DNA of 64,000 nucleotides. Origin: the human T2T-CHM13v2.0 reference genome, Homo sapiens. The notes beneath the pieces were generated by a model. That model made no database searches. It saw nothing but the letters and a program-made list of their open reading frames with translations, and was not told the origin of the DNA. The first letter of the stretch is position 1. Every line of letters starts with the position of its first letter. Shown piece by piece: positions 12,626 through 27,678 of the stretch. A program made the translations under genes and the position numbers. The stretch is taken from the NCBI RefSeq assembly GCF_009914755.1, contig NC_060937.1; one strand, given 5' to 3'.

Positions 12626-15154
12626 TACCACTTTTTAGTCGAGTAAATTTCTTCCTGTTGACTCCTTTTTGTTTCCCGGGCTTCTGAGATAGGTACTGTG
12701 CGTCAGGCTGATTTGAGTTTGAATCCCAACTGGGCGATTCACTAGTTATGTAACCTCAGGCAAACTACTCATCTTGAGACTCCTTCCAGAAAAGAAATCT
12801 GCCTACATTTCGACCACTGCCCACATTTCCAACTCCTGCCCTATCCTTCCGCAAGAAGACTCTGACTTCACTGAAACCATTCATCATTAAGTTTCATTAA
12901 AGAACAAGTATAATAATAGTAACAACCTAAAGGCATGTAAGGCTTAAATGAGACAACACCTATAAAATATAAGCTCAAAATAGTTATTATTATTGTAGGA
13001 CCCCAAATCTCAGCAGTCAGAATTGAAGTCCTTGTTTTTTTCTCTTTTCTTCCATCATCCTTTATTGTGTTAATTTACTTTCTGCTGCACATCTTTTTTT
13101 CTTTTCTGCCTTATTTCTCCTTTTCTCTTTCCTCTATGAGCCCTTCTTTAACCAATTTTAGTTTCTTTGTTCACACAATCTTTCTTAAGAGAAAGTTAGC
13201 AGGGAGTGGTAAAGACTTCGTGAGGTAAGCCAAGAGGCATTATGTCCTTGGGTGGGAAGGGAAGAGTGAGATTTTTAAAGTCTTTATGCTGAGAGGACCC
13301 AAAAGATGATGAAGATTCTAGCTGAGCTGGGAACTGGCCCAGGAAATTCTTGGCACTGGGACAGGAAGAGCTGGGGCTGAGATCAGGCTGGGGGACTGAA
13401 GTGAAAGTTGGCTCAGGGAATTCTTGGCATTGGGACAAGAGGAGCTGGGGCTCAGATTGGGCTGGTGGGAGGAGTGGCAATTGGGTCACCTAATGGACCT
13501 AAATGCTCCCAGAGGAAGTGCTGTTATTAGAGATAGAAAATACTGAAGGAAATTGAGTAAGGGCATGGGGAGATGAGGAGAAGCTGAAAAGAAGACAAAA
13601 GTAAGAAATAGGAGATGCTGATAGTTTCAAATGCATACAAAAAGAGCTACGAAAGTTGATTGATTTCATGATTCAGAACTTTAGCAGAGTGATTTCATGT
13701 AAAACCTAAAGACAAATGTCCTTGGGCAGAAGCAGTAGGCAGCAGATAAAAACTAGCTCTTTCTGGTGTTTGGCCACAAAGAGGAAATGAAAGATGGGCC
13801 AATAATTGAAAATATTTTTTCCCTCTCTCCTCAGACTTTGACGTTATGATTTTACATCATAATTTTCAACACATGCATTCAGTGCTTCATAGGTAAAGGT
13901 TTTTCTACTTCCCAGCATAAGAGAGACAGCGTTCACACATCTTTTGTCATAATATTACACTTCTAAAACACAGTTGCTGGTGTCTGTAATCAGTAGGCAT
14001 ATGTACTGGCAACAGCCTTTTGAAAAGCCAAGATTAGAGTTTCATCTTTTTTGTGAGAAGCTAAAAACTTAATTGGAATGAAACTGAAACGTGGCACTTA
14101 GAAATAAATCCAGTTAGCTGAACTGAGGCTACCAAAGTGTCAATATGTGGGTGTTGAGTAGATTTGAAGCTCAGGATAACCTCAGTACCTGAAATAAGTA
14201 ATTCCTTTAAAGAATTACAAAACAATAAAATTTGGCTGCATTTTTTTTAATACTACCAGTTTGAGAGACTAGTAATCCCTAATCCATTCCACAAAAGGGC
14301 ATTTTTAACAAGGATATTATTCACAGAAACATATATTGTTGAACTATTTCTAAAAAGAAATATCCATGTATATATAAAGTACTGTTTTATATCCTGGGGA
14401 AGATGGAAAGAACACTACTGCAGTAAAATGTCTGCGGAAGTAGAGGTCGATGAGACAGGAATGTTTACACCTTAGAGGCTTTACATGGAAGCTTCTAGAA
14501 ATGGCTCTGGGGCCACCCAAAGAGGGGGCATGAGGAGATGATTTGGGTGACATGGACAATGGGTCCTAAGAGAAGAAGAGAGCAGCGAGGCTGGAAGAGG
14601 TTGTGTGAAAGATGTAGGAGAGATGCCAAAAGGGAAAGAAAGACTCAAGAGCAGACTTTCTCTGGCTTGGGCCATCTGGCAGGGGCCTTCACTGATTTGG
14701 CAGCTTGCATCTTTGATAAGAAAAATTTAATTTCCCACAGTATTACTCATTTATATTTCAGAAGAAAAACCCAGCATCCTTATGAAACTATTATCACCTG
14801 TAAATAGAATACATTATAGTTTCCTTTCTCAGTTAGCTTGATCAATGGCCAGCACTGGACTACGAGAGAAAATGAAACGTTATCAAGCTATCCAGTATGA
14901 GATAGATTCAGGGAAGGAGTCCAGTCAGGAACCATGTCAGGCCACTTCAGGCCACTTCTGGCTGCAGTGTGTTCATTGGGGAGTGAGTTTTGAGGCTGAG
15001 CTATCAGGAAATGTTGGGGCAGCCATTCATTCCTGCTGCTCCTCTCACCTGCTCTCCCATGATCATCAATCATCTGGGACTCCAGGCATTTCTCTGAGTG
15101 CCTGGTATGGGTCATATCACATGGCACTTTGAGTTACATGTAGTATCACTTACT

Positions 15155-15365
15155 GAAAAGAGCTCTGGTGTTGCAGTCACACAGACCTAACTGCAGTTTC
15201 TGATTCTTCCTCTAACTGTGTACTTTGGGCAGGTTATTTAAGCTCTCTGAGGTTTGGGATCCCATAATTATAGATAATAGTACTGGCCTGGAAGGATTAA
15301 ATAAGATAATGTGCATAAAACATGTGGTACAGCCGGTGGTACTTGGTAGGGGCTTAACAAGTGAT
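15155..15365 (+). mobile_element. MIR
   Basis: Core ctgtgtactttgggcaggttatttaagctctctgag and gaaggattaaataagataatgtg. Confidence 0.7.
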
Positions 15366-17402
15366 CCTTCTTGCTAGGAACATTTAACACATATGTTTTG
15401 TTGATAAAAGAATCACACATATCTTTTGTAGACTCCTGTCAACTTTTGGACCTTCTATTTGCTGCACGATGGCTTAGTGACATGGAGGAAGAGCATAAGG
15501 CTTGAGTAACAACAACAACAAAAAAAAAAAAAGGAAAAGAAATCTCTTAAACAAACGAGGCGGTTTATTTTTCTCTTGGAAGGAGAAGTTCAGAGGTAGA
15601 TAATACAGGGCTATTGTGGCAACTCCATGACACTGTCAAGGAACCGGGTCCCTTCTAACTTCCTGCTCTGCTATTTTTCGTGTGTGAATTTAGTCCCTAT
15701 GATTGCCCACAGTCACTAAGGTCCAAGAGGACTGCTCCTCCCTCCTGCAAGCCACCTTAGTTTCAGAAAAGAGTGGGGGAGCACAAAAGGACATATTCTT
15801 CCCAGGGACTTCCACTTCAATTGTAATAGTCAGAACTACAAATGTGTCACTGCTAGCTTCAGAGAGCCTGAGAAATGTGGCTTTAGATATCAGTAAGAAA
15901 GAAGGGGAGAATGGATATCAGATATGCAATCATTGTCTGCCATGAGTCCCTACTTGGAAATCTCCAGATCATCATGACTGGACCTTTCCTTATTGTCCTC
16001 TCCCATTGGAACATACCACACCCAGCCCCCAAAAAATTTAAGATAAATCTTAAACATTTTAAAAAATGTGAGTAACATTTGTAATTTAAAAGAGAGAGGC
16101 ATGGCATTCCGGAGGAATTCTTAAAGTAAAATTTAGATTTACCCTGAAATCTATAGTGATGATTACTAACTGCTTTAAGAATGAAAATTCTTTTTTTAAA
16201 ATAAAAAAATTCATGATGTTTCACATATGAGACTAATTATATTTTCAGTAATTTACTGGTTGACAAAAAGGTATGATGGATTTGGTATAAAAATGCTTTG
16301 ATGCTGAGTGCAGAAGGATTTGCAAGCAGACCCTATGCAATTAACTCAGTGCCACTGCCCTCCATCCCTCACTCTCTCATCCTCTGCCCATCTGGAGGTT
16401 TGCACCCAGGGTTAGGTACCATGCTGGGATGGCTGAGGTCTTGATCAACTCTCAGATCATCAGAAATTCCTGCAAAGAGCTCTGTAGAGGAAAACAGGTA
16501 TCTCTTCATCATTTTATATTTAGGGATAGCTCCAATCAGACCCAACATTCTGCCATAGGGTCTGATATTTTCATGCCTTTGTTAGCTAGGTATTCTCCAG
16601 AAGGCCTGGTTAAATGAGAACAAGTGAAATAAGACATTTGAACAAGCTCATGGAACTTACCCTCTTTCTCTCTGTTAATGACTAGCCTCAGGTATCCTAT
16701 AAACACCCCCACTGGCTTCATCCCAGAACCTCTGGGATGCTCCCTAGGAACAGTTTCCAGTAAACCCACTTTCTTTCCCTGGGACTTCCCAGTTGCCTCT
16801 TCCTTAGTATATAGCTCTCTGGCCAAAACCCCAGATGGTTGCTGTGTTTTAAATTTTCTTTGGTATTCTACCCATATCCCACCTCAGTCCTCCTCTGACC
16901 TAGGCTTCTGCTGCCCCTTTAGGGTCTGCTAGGAAGGGAGGAAAGTTCAAACAATAATAATACTTTATATGATTTTATAGGAATTTATAATTTACAAAGC
17001 ATTATCTCATTTAATTTCCATAACAACCTTTTAAGATTGCTATAACTTCCTCTTTGCAGAGGCAGAAGCAGAGACTTAGTCCAAGTAGCTAATGAGTGAC
17101 GAAGCTGGGGACACACACAATCTGGGGCTTTTTAGCCCAAGGGCTGTCAATCATTTTTCTGCCTATGCCACTGCTAACACATTAAGATGTCACCTGTTCA
17201 GGCATATTTTACTTCAGATTGGCTAGTAGAGAGAAAGATCCTGAGGCAAGGAGGGTCAGATGGTTTTTGACAGTTTGAGGGACATGGAAAGTTCTGGAGC
17301 ATAAAGGGAAGCTAAGGATAAGATCTAATGGGGAAAAGAAGGGTGTTGACATTAAGATGGGCAGGAAGTCTGTATAAACATCAGCGTGCATCTTTAACTC
17401 TC

Positions 17403-17745
17403 TGATATGGTTTGTCTCTGTGTCCCCAACCAAATCTCACCTTGAGTTGTAAGAATTCCCACGTGTCGTGGGAGGGACCTGGTGGGAGGTAATTTAATCA
17501 TGGAGGCACGGTTTTTTTCCATACTGTTCTCAAGATAGTGAATAAATCTCATGGGATCTGATGGCTTTATGAAGGGCAGTTCCCCTGCACATGCTCTCTT
17601 GTCTGCCCTCATGTAAGATGTGACTTTGCTTGTCATTTGCCTTCTGCCATCATTGTGAGGTCTCCCCAGACATGTGGAACTGTGATCCAATTAAACCTCT
17701 TTCCTTTATAAATTACCCAGTCTTGGGTATGTCTTTATGAGCAGG
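17403..17745 (+). mobile_element. THE1-family MaLR solo LTR, 3' end truncated
   Basis: Starts tgatatggtttg; aattaaacctctttcctttataaattacccagtc near the end; terminal ~20 bp missing. Strand follows the TGATATGG-start convention. Confidence 0.88.
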
Positions 17746-17746
17746 G

Positions 17747-18190
17747 TGTATAGTTCCATTGTGCATATATACCCTTTTTTCTTTATCCATTTGTCTGTTG
17801 ATGGACACTTAGGTTGATTCAATATCTTTGTTATTGTGAATAGTGCTGCAATAAACATGTGATGCAGGTATCCCTTTAATATACTGATTTCTTTTCCTTG
17901 GGATAGATACCTAGCAATGGAATTACCAGATCATATGGTAGTTCTACTTTTAGTTTTTTGAGAAATGTTCATACTCTTTTCCATAGAGGTTGTACTAATT
18001 TATATTCCCACCAACAGTGTATGAGAGTTCTCTTTTCTCTGCATCCTCACCAGCATCTGTCATTTTTGTCTTCTTAATAATAGTCATTCTAACTGAAGTA
18101 AGATGGTATCTCATTTGGTTTTGACTTGCATTTCTTTGATGATTAGTGGTGTTGAGCATTTTACCTGTTAGCCATTTGTATGTCTTTATA
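17747..18190 (-). mobile_element. L1MA ORF2 C-terminal fragment
   Basis: gatggacacttaggttgattc...cccaccaacagtgtatgagagttc...atggtatctcat. Confidence 0.85.
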
Positions 18191-18844
18191 TATAATATAT
18201 ATTTTAAAATAGCAGGTGCTCAATTGAAATAACAGAGAACACACTACCCAATGGTTACATGTTTTGGTAACGTGGTAGAATATCACATTCTCTTATTGTC
18301 ACATAATCTGCTATACCCCATTGTTAGTTCACATAGACATTCTCTTGCCTGTGATTGACTTTATCCTTGCAACTCTCATTCTGCTTTCCTGTACAATAGT
18401 GTGACTCTTTTCAAACCACAAATGGGAACTAGGATCCGATCAGAAGACAGAAAGTTTTAAACTAGGATGTTCCTGAGTATGTGTGTTTATATTATTTACG
18501 TGGCTTCTGTTTGTGAGTTCCACAGAAGCCTAGGCCTGCTTGTCTTTATTGTATAAGTTTAACAGCTGCTTGCATAGTTCAGGGTCAGAGAGCATATTTT
18601 CAGGCCACAATTATGAATGATCCACGGGTCACTCAAGACACCAGTTTAACATTTAGGAGTTGATACAGATGCATACCAGGGAGAGCTCAATTGTTAGCAG
18701 TGTGTGGAGGTGCCCATGAGGATGGGACTGGGATAATCTTGTGAAATATAATCTGATTCCATTTTATTCTGGCAAAACCGCACGGGCCATATAAGAGTGT
18801 CTTTTCTGCCTCTCCAGCTCAAAGATGGCCTGGCCTGCTGCCAG

Positions 18845-19228
18845 TTTTTTTTTTTTTTTTAGTTGAGATATAATTTACATGCCATAAAATTCACCATTTT
18901 AAAGTGTAAAATTCAGTGCTTTTTAAAAAATATATTCACAGCTGGGTGTGGTGGCTCACATCTGTAATCCCAGTACTTCGGGAGGCTGAGGCAGGTGGAT
19001 GGCTTGAGGCCAGGAGTTTGAGAACAGCCTGGCCAACATGGCAAAACTGCGTGTCTACTAAAAATAAAAAAATTAGCCAGATGTGGTGGCACACACCTGT
19101 AGTCCAAGCTACTCAGGAGGCTGAGGCACGAGAATTACTTGAACCCAGGAGGCAGAGGTTGCAGTGCGGCAAGATCATGCAACAGCACTACAGACTGGGT
19201 GACAGAATGAGACTTTGTCTAAAATATG

Positions 19229-19260
<32 letters not shown>

Positions 19261-19690
19261 ATCTCCAAGGTTGTGCAACCATCACCACTATCTGATTCCG
19301 GAGTATTTTAATTTTACCCCAAAAAGAAACCCCATTCCCTTTAGCAGTCACTCTTCATTCACCTCTCCCCTTAACCCCTGGACAACACTAATCCACTTTC
19401 TTTTCTATGGATGTGACTGTTCTGTACATTTCATATCAATGGAATCATACAATGTGTCCTCTTCCGTGTCTGGCTTCTTTCATTTAACTTAATGTTTCAA
19501 GTTTCATCCACATTGTAAGATGAATCAGTATTTTCATTCCTTTTTATGCTGAGTAATATTCTGTTGCACAGAGATGCCATGCTGTGTATCCATTCATCCA
19601 CTGATGGACATTGGGGTTGTTTCTACTTTTTGGCTGTTATGTGCTACCATGACCATTCATGTATAAGTTTTTGTGTGGACATGTTTTTAA
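18845..19690 (-). mobile_element. L1MB 3' end, interrupted by an Alu
   Basis: ttgagatataatttacatgccataaaattcacc...gttgtgcaaccatcacc...gatggacattggggttgtttc. Confidence 0.82.
18941..19262 (+). mobile_element. Alu (J/S) with (TA)n-converted tail
   Basis: Alu dimer followed by an interrupted TA microsatellite at about 19229-19262. Confidence 0.9.
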
Positions 19691-20254
19691 CCAAAGGAAT
19701 GTTGGGGAATACACAGAGAAGGCTGTCCTGTGAAGGTTTGTTTGCTGCAGCAGTTCATTGAGAGGCTGCCCTGGTACCAAGCACTTGACCAGAGCTCATG
19801 GGACTTCCAAGGAGTGAGATGCTCAGGGCCAGGCAAACCCCTGCATCCACGTTCCCACTCTCGCTTTAACACCAGGGCAGCAGCCTAGTCTTGCAGTGAC
19901 TCCTGATGGGCATTAGTGCTGTTTGCTGAGGAGGGCGTGGCTTGGTTTAGAAGCCCGATGCAGCCTCTTAACACCTTGGACATGTTGCATCCTCTCTCTG
20001 AGCTCCGGTAGTCTCATCTGGGAGTTGGAGGGACCAACAGCCACCCCACAGAGTTTATGTGAAAAATGAGAGACAATGCCTGAGAGGTCCCCTGTTCAGG
20101 GCGGGGGCTCAACCAGTGGATCTTTATTCTATTAGCAATTGCCCTGTGCAATAGACCATTCAAAGAGGGCACAGATCAAGGGCAGTGTAGACCAAAGCTC
20201 TTTGAATGACTTGCCTATTTTATAACTCTTCAAATTACTTTTTTCATAAGGACT

Positions 20255-21985
<1,731 letters not shown>

Positions 21986-22864
21986 ACGTGACTTGGCCAA
22001 TAACAAGCACCCAGGGAGCACCTACTCTCTCCCAGATGCTGGGAATAGAAAGAAAAGATTTAGGCCTTTCCCACTGGAAACAGTCTCTTGGGAGGTACAG
22101 AAAAATAAGCAGATAATTGTAAAATACTCTTTCTCCATATACCCTGTCTTTTGTCTCACAATTGCATTTACTGTCTCTGCAGATGTGTCATTAATTATGC
22201 ATTCAGCATTTTGACCACCTGAGAATTCCAGTGCAATCAGCTGAGAACTCTCCAGGTCTTTATCGGCTAAGAGAAAAAAAAATATATCAGAGCCCATTTA
22301 GAAACAGGAAAGAGGCTAGCCAAAAGTCCTGAGACACACTACCAGACAGAGGCAAAATAGTCACTAGTTGAGCTTTAAGTTTGCCTTTAGGTATTTCTTT
22401 ACCTTCATTTTGCCAGAGTTTATCTATGCAGCCTCCAAACACAGCCAGCCAGGGGATCCCTGACACTCCCGGTGTGCTCAGCTGCCCAAGTTCAAGTCTG
22501 TCCCATCCCTTCCCACATCCAACCATACATCTCCTATGTCTTTGCTCTCTGCTTGTCAAGGTGATAGAGTATGGAGTTAAAACTTACTGAGCACCTACTG
22601 TGTGCTGGGCAATAATTAGACACTTTACATATGTTATCTAGTAATATTTGAACCTCATAATGTTCCTATTTCACCTCATGATACAAATAAGAGACCTGAG
22701 CTAATAACATACCTAAGGTGACACAGTCAGTAAACAGCATCACTTAGATGCAGTTCTTTCTAACTCCACTAAGATCTTCAGACTCTTGGTTATTCATGCA
22801 GCAAACAGCTGCGGGTCCCTGTGAAGGTAATGGTCATGATGAATACATTGGTTCTTAATCCACA

Positions 22865-23260
22865 TCTTAGGTCAGGTTTCCCAGAAGCCGTTTCTGAGAG
22901 GCATTTGGGTGCTTGTGGCTTATTGAGGCTGTGCTTTCAGGAGAAGGGAGTGAGGCAGGGGGAGGCCAGCGAAGGAAGTGAGCAAGGATGTGCTCTCTGC
23001 TGGTTGAACTACAGCCGGATCCCAGCTCTGAAGTGCGAGTCACTGGATAGAAGTGATTCTATCTTGAGGCAAGGGACTGACCTTTTTTATCCCGAGTCAG
23101 TCAGCAGGTTGTAGTGAGTGGGGAGGTTGTGAAACCAGTCAGGCCTAACAGCGAAGGGCAAATCCTCAAGGAAGGTGCAGTCATGAGCCTGTAGCTGCCA
23201 AGCTTCAGACTGGTGAGGGGAACCTGATCTGGACACTTACAGCCTCCACCTCTGATCTTC
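22865..23260. mobile_element. Old ERVL-type LTR (LTR33-like)
   Basis: Start resembles ...tttcccagaagc...ctgaga...gcttgtggctttattgagg; highly diverged. Confidence 0.45.
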
Positions 23261-23708
23261 TGCAGTGCTACTGACATTCCAGAAACAGACCCCAAGGAAA
23301 ATAATACGTTGACCCAAAGCAGTGTGTCTTTCCTACTTCAGGTCCTATGGCAAGTTGTTGCAGGAAATACTTTCACATTAGAGGATAGGAGGTGGGGGCT
23401 TTTAGAACCCCAAATTATAGCTATAGACAGCTGTCCAATAATACTGCCTTAAGTCCAATAGCATTGATAGTTTAACAAAGTAGTTTTTTATGTACATTAT
23501 TCATTTGATCATCGCAGCAACTTAGGAAGTAGATGGCAGGTTTCAATAGCCTCATTTTGCAGGGAGGTTAAGTGGTTCATTCTCAGACGTTGAACGTGAT
23601 AAAGATGGACCTAAAACTTGCTTCTGACTTGAGCTTGAATGCCCCTCCTATGGTCCATACTACACAGTCTGGGTGAGATGGACACTGGAAAGGACATAAT
23701 ACCCCACC

Positions 23709-24083
23709 TAGGGTGACCAGCCATCCAGGTTTGTCCAGGACTTTTCTGGTTTGAAAACTGAAAGTCCCACTTTCAGGAAGACCCAGAGCTAACTAAGGCA
23801 CACAAAGGCCCCCAATATATTTATGATCCACAAAAGCATTCTAATTTTAATTTCTTTCAATCACAAGAAAAATATTGATATAATAATAATAATAATGAAG
23901 CCAGCCAGGATTATATTCATACTAACATAGTCATAAGATACAATTTTAAATTTGTGTGTGTGTGTATGTCTGTGTGAATAAGAAGGGACCCTGAAGGCAA
24001 AAGCGCCTAGGACCCATAAAGTCATAATTCAGTTCTGGGGAACTGGATCAGTCCTGGGCAGACTGGTGCTGTGGGTTACCTTA
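23709..24083. mobile_element. hAT MITE (MER94-like) containing a nested MER53-like element (~23783-24038)
   Basis: Imperfect TIRs tagggtgacc...ggttacctta; inner element ends aaggcaaaagcgcctaggacccataaagtcataattcagttctg. Confidence 0.55.
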
Positions 24084-24711
24084 ACCCCTTAACACCAGAA
24101 GAGTAGTTCAGGAACTTTGAGTTTTCCATGTGGCGGTTGCCTAAAATCACCAGTGTTTCTCCAAGTCTGTGATTTCCATATGCCTGGCTGCTTTCCTTCT
24201 AATTACACAGCAGTTTCCTGAGTTTGCTTTGGCTTTTTTCAGGAAGCAGCTGAGGAGCCCTTCTTTGGGCGTTCACAGTGTGCTGTGGGTTCAGCACAAT
24301 CTCTCTCTCTCCCTCTTGACTATGCCCAGACACTTGTCTAACTCATTTTTCTGTCCCCAGCACCAGGCTCAGTGCCAGGCAGACTGTAAGCATTCCATGC
24401 GTAATTATTGATTGAATAAATGAATTCACTGATGGCCTGATTCTACCGATTGCTTATGATACAACACTGGGATCACAAAACTCCCTGTGCCTCATTTTCT
24501 CCATCTGTAAAACAAATATGTTGGAAGAGATGAACTCTTGGGTTCTTAGGGGCACTTTATGTCATGCATTTGTTATGACAGATCCTGTGACTATGTCACT
24601 GTCATTGAAAAGTGAATCTCAGTCATGAAACAGTCACTTACAGGTTCTCAGAGTCATTGATGTGCTTTCTCTATTTCCCATTTTTCTTTTAGGTCCTTAC
24701 TGGAAGGCAGC

Positions 24712-24754
24712 ATGTCCAATGTTACCTTGAGAAAAATGTCTCCCACAGGAAATG
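24712..24754 (+). CDS. SCEL: SCEL exon 2 coding part (exon 24693-24754), MSNVTLRKMSPTGN
   Basis: Acceptor tttttcttttag|GTCC at 24692/24693; ATG at 24712 in GGCAGCATGT (A at -3); donor G|gtaatg, phase 1. Confidence 0.96.
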
Positions 24755-25431
24755 GTAATGTACATGATGTTTCTCTCACTCAGAAAACTTTAAAATTTTG
24801 GAAAAACAACTCACAGATCTCAATTCTTTAATACAGATATTGAATGCTTAGAAACAACAGTCTAATTTAATTAGCATTGCAAAGTTAGGCTTAAGAAAAA
24901 GTATACTTGCCGCAGCTTTTAGTCATGTAATTGGAATTCAATTTTTTTAAAATTAATAAAAATATCTTTTTAAAAATATGACCTTCTTTGTGTTTGGCTC
25001 TTACAGGATAAAAGAATTAAGTTACTTAGAATCAAATGACCAGGACTTATTGACTATTACTATGTATTATAAAAACAGTCTTTTGTGGGCTTCCAGGGTA
25101 TATTTCTTATGGGGTAAAAAGGCCAACCCACTAAATCCTGGCTCAGTTTATCCCAGGCTGGGAGTTCTCCTTTCCCAGGAACTGGATGGGGCCTCATGAG
25201 TGGCACTGGCAGTTTCAGTTGGCACCTGAGCAACTTTATGTGTTATCTTTGGTGATGGGGTGTGGGATCTGTTCTTTCTTGCTGGTGCATCCTACTTTGA
25301 AACAGTACTGGACTTGCCAGCCCAGATTGATGCTGGCCAATCAGATGTGCCTCTCAGGATTTTCAGGTTAACAAGCCCACGCTCAACTCCACACTATTAC
25401 ATCTTCCAGTCTTTCATGTTTCTGTTGATAG

Positions 25432-25549
25432 AGATGAAGAGCACCACTCAGGGAACCACACGGAAGCAGCAGGATTTTCACGAGGTGAACAAAAGAAGAA
25501 CTTTCTTACAGGATAACAGTTGGATAAAGAAACGCCCTGAAGAAGAAAA
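25432..25549 (+). CDS. SCEL: SCEL exon 3, EMKSTTQGTTRKQQDFHEVNKRRTFLQDNSWIKKRPEEE(K)
   Basis: tgatag|AG acceptor, AA|gtaagc donor; 118 nt, phase 1 to 2; overlaps ORF 25260..25553. Confidence 0.97.
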
Positions 25550-26466
25550 GTAAGCTGGTGTGGAGCGTGGTGGGTGGACAGAAGGGCAGAGAGAGGCATT
25601 ATCTGTTTGGGAAGCTAATGCTCATCTGAAAAGTGAATACTTTTCTCCTGAAACACTTTGTTGCATGGTCTAATTTTTGGTGAGACTTAGTAAGCACAAA
25701 TAGGTTACATATCAGAGTTTCAAGAATATTTCTGCCATTTTAAATATCCACATGCATAAGAGAGTGTGAGTCATTACTGAGAGAGAGCCTGGTTATTACC
25801 TAGGATAGATGTTTGTGCTTACTTGGTAAACTGAAAAGAAAACATGACTTTCCAGTTTCCAAAAAGGTAACAGTTAATCCATGATCGGACAATCCTGCTC
25901 TGTTGATCATGTCAGCTGAAATAAACAAAAAGAGTGTAATTCCAAATTTAACATATAAAATTTTGGTATGTACAAGAGAAATTTAAAAAATTACCGACTT
26001 ATTTTAGTTCCATCTACTTCTAAGTACTGGGAAGGTGGGATATATGGTATTACTTTGTAAGTACTTACAACCAACAAAATTTTGTTTGTTTTGAGCATTG
26101 CTTCTACTAGCTGAGAGGTTTAAAGATTTGAAAACTATGGCCATAGGCATATAGCCTCATTGGCAATATAGATTTGCAATAGGTATTTGTCCAGCAATAG
26201 GTATTTGTCCGATTATATATTATGTTATGTGTATATTATAAATTATGTAGACATTTTATGATTTCTTTGTTATTAAGCTTGGTGTTAGATACTTTACATA
26301 TAAAGCACCACTAATTTTACAATAAAACACAACGTAGGTGTTATATCTCCTCATTTTACAAAAGAGGGATCTGAGCTCAGAGAAGCTAAGTAACTTGTCT
26401 AATGGCACATAGCTATTTAGTGGTAGAGTTGAGATTTTAACATGGCCCATTGTTTTTCCATTACAC

Positions 26467-26675
26467 GAATGTTTCTCAACCAGGGGCAATTTTACCTCCA
26501 GCAGACATTTGGCAAGGTTGGGAGACATTTTTGTTGTTAAAATTGAGGAGTGCTTCTGGTATTTAATGCGTAGAGAACAGGGATGCTGGTAAACATCCTA
26601 TAAATCACGGGACAGCTCCCATACAAAAAATTATCAAACCCAAAGTGTCAATAGTCCTGCAGTTGGGAAATCCTG
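26467..26675. mobile_element. MER20 (hAT-Charlie)
   Basis: gtttctcaaccaggggcaatttt...gacatttggcaa...ggatgctggtaaacatccta...gttgggaaatcctg. Confidence 0.85.
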
Positions 26676-27367
26676 CATTATAGGATACTTACTCTAAACT
26701 ATCTACAAACTCTGCAGATATGGTTATTTGAGGGGCATTCTTGTGAATGTTAAATTTAAAATATCTATTAATTTCTGTTATTGAGTATTATTTCAAGGAA
26801 ATATATGGGTGTTTAGAGATTTAGAGACTCACACTAACTTTTGGAGTTAGCGCTATTGGACAACAATCATTTCCTTCCATGAAACAGCATTTATTGCTTC
26901 TGTCAAAGCATTTCCAATTTTCTGTAGTGATAGTGTCATGTGACATGTAGACCATACATTTTGGATTGCCAATATTTACACAGACGAGTGACGATAGAAT
27001 GTATAAGACAAATCACAGTTGGGAGGAATGTTGCTTTTATGCCAGGCATGCTTTCCCAGGAAAACCCAGGGAAGCCAGCTTGGATGGCATAGGAGCTACT
27101 GAATGAAGGGAAAATTGGCTTTGATGCTTCCCTGATTCCCCCAGCCCAGTTCTGGGCTGTGTGTTATAATTCCGCCTCAGATAAAAACATGTCTGGTATC
27201 TGCTCCTCTTTCAAAAATTTCATTAAGAGATATGGAGGAAGATAGGAAAGTTCTCTCGGGGTCTTTGAGAATGTATATTTGCTGGCATTGTTTCATTTTT
27301 ACTGTTTATGTTTCTGTTTAATTGTCTACTACAGTTCTTTTATAGCTTCATTAAAAATGGTACCGGA

Positions 27368-27678
27368 GGCCGGGCGTGGTGGATCACTCCTGTTATCCCA
27401 GCACTTTGGGAGGCCGAGGCGAGCAAGTCACTTGGGGTCAGGAGTTTGAGACCAGCCTGGCCAACAGGAAGAAACCCTGTCTCTACTTTAAAAATACAAA
27501 AATTAGCCGGGCGTGTTGGCGGGCACCTATAATCCCAGCTACTCAGGAGGCTGAGACAGGAGAATTGCTTGAACCGAGGAGGCAGAGGTTGCAGTGAGCC
27601 GAGATATCGCACCACTGCACTCCAGCCTGGGCGACAGAGCAAGACTCTGTCTTACAAAAAAAAAAAAAAAAAAAAAAG
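27368..27678 (+). mobile_element. AluS
   Basis: Full dimer with poly-A; TSD-like GGTACC(G/A)GAG on both flanks. Confidence 0.92.

Noticed and set aside
26176-26210. 18-bp-period tandem duplication GCAATAGGTATTTGTCC x2 (also a 30-bp-period duplication at 10561-10612)
   Set aside because: Real, but common slippage duplications with no sign of function.
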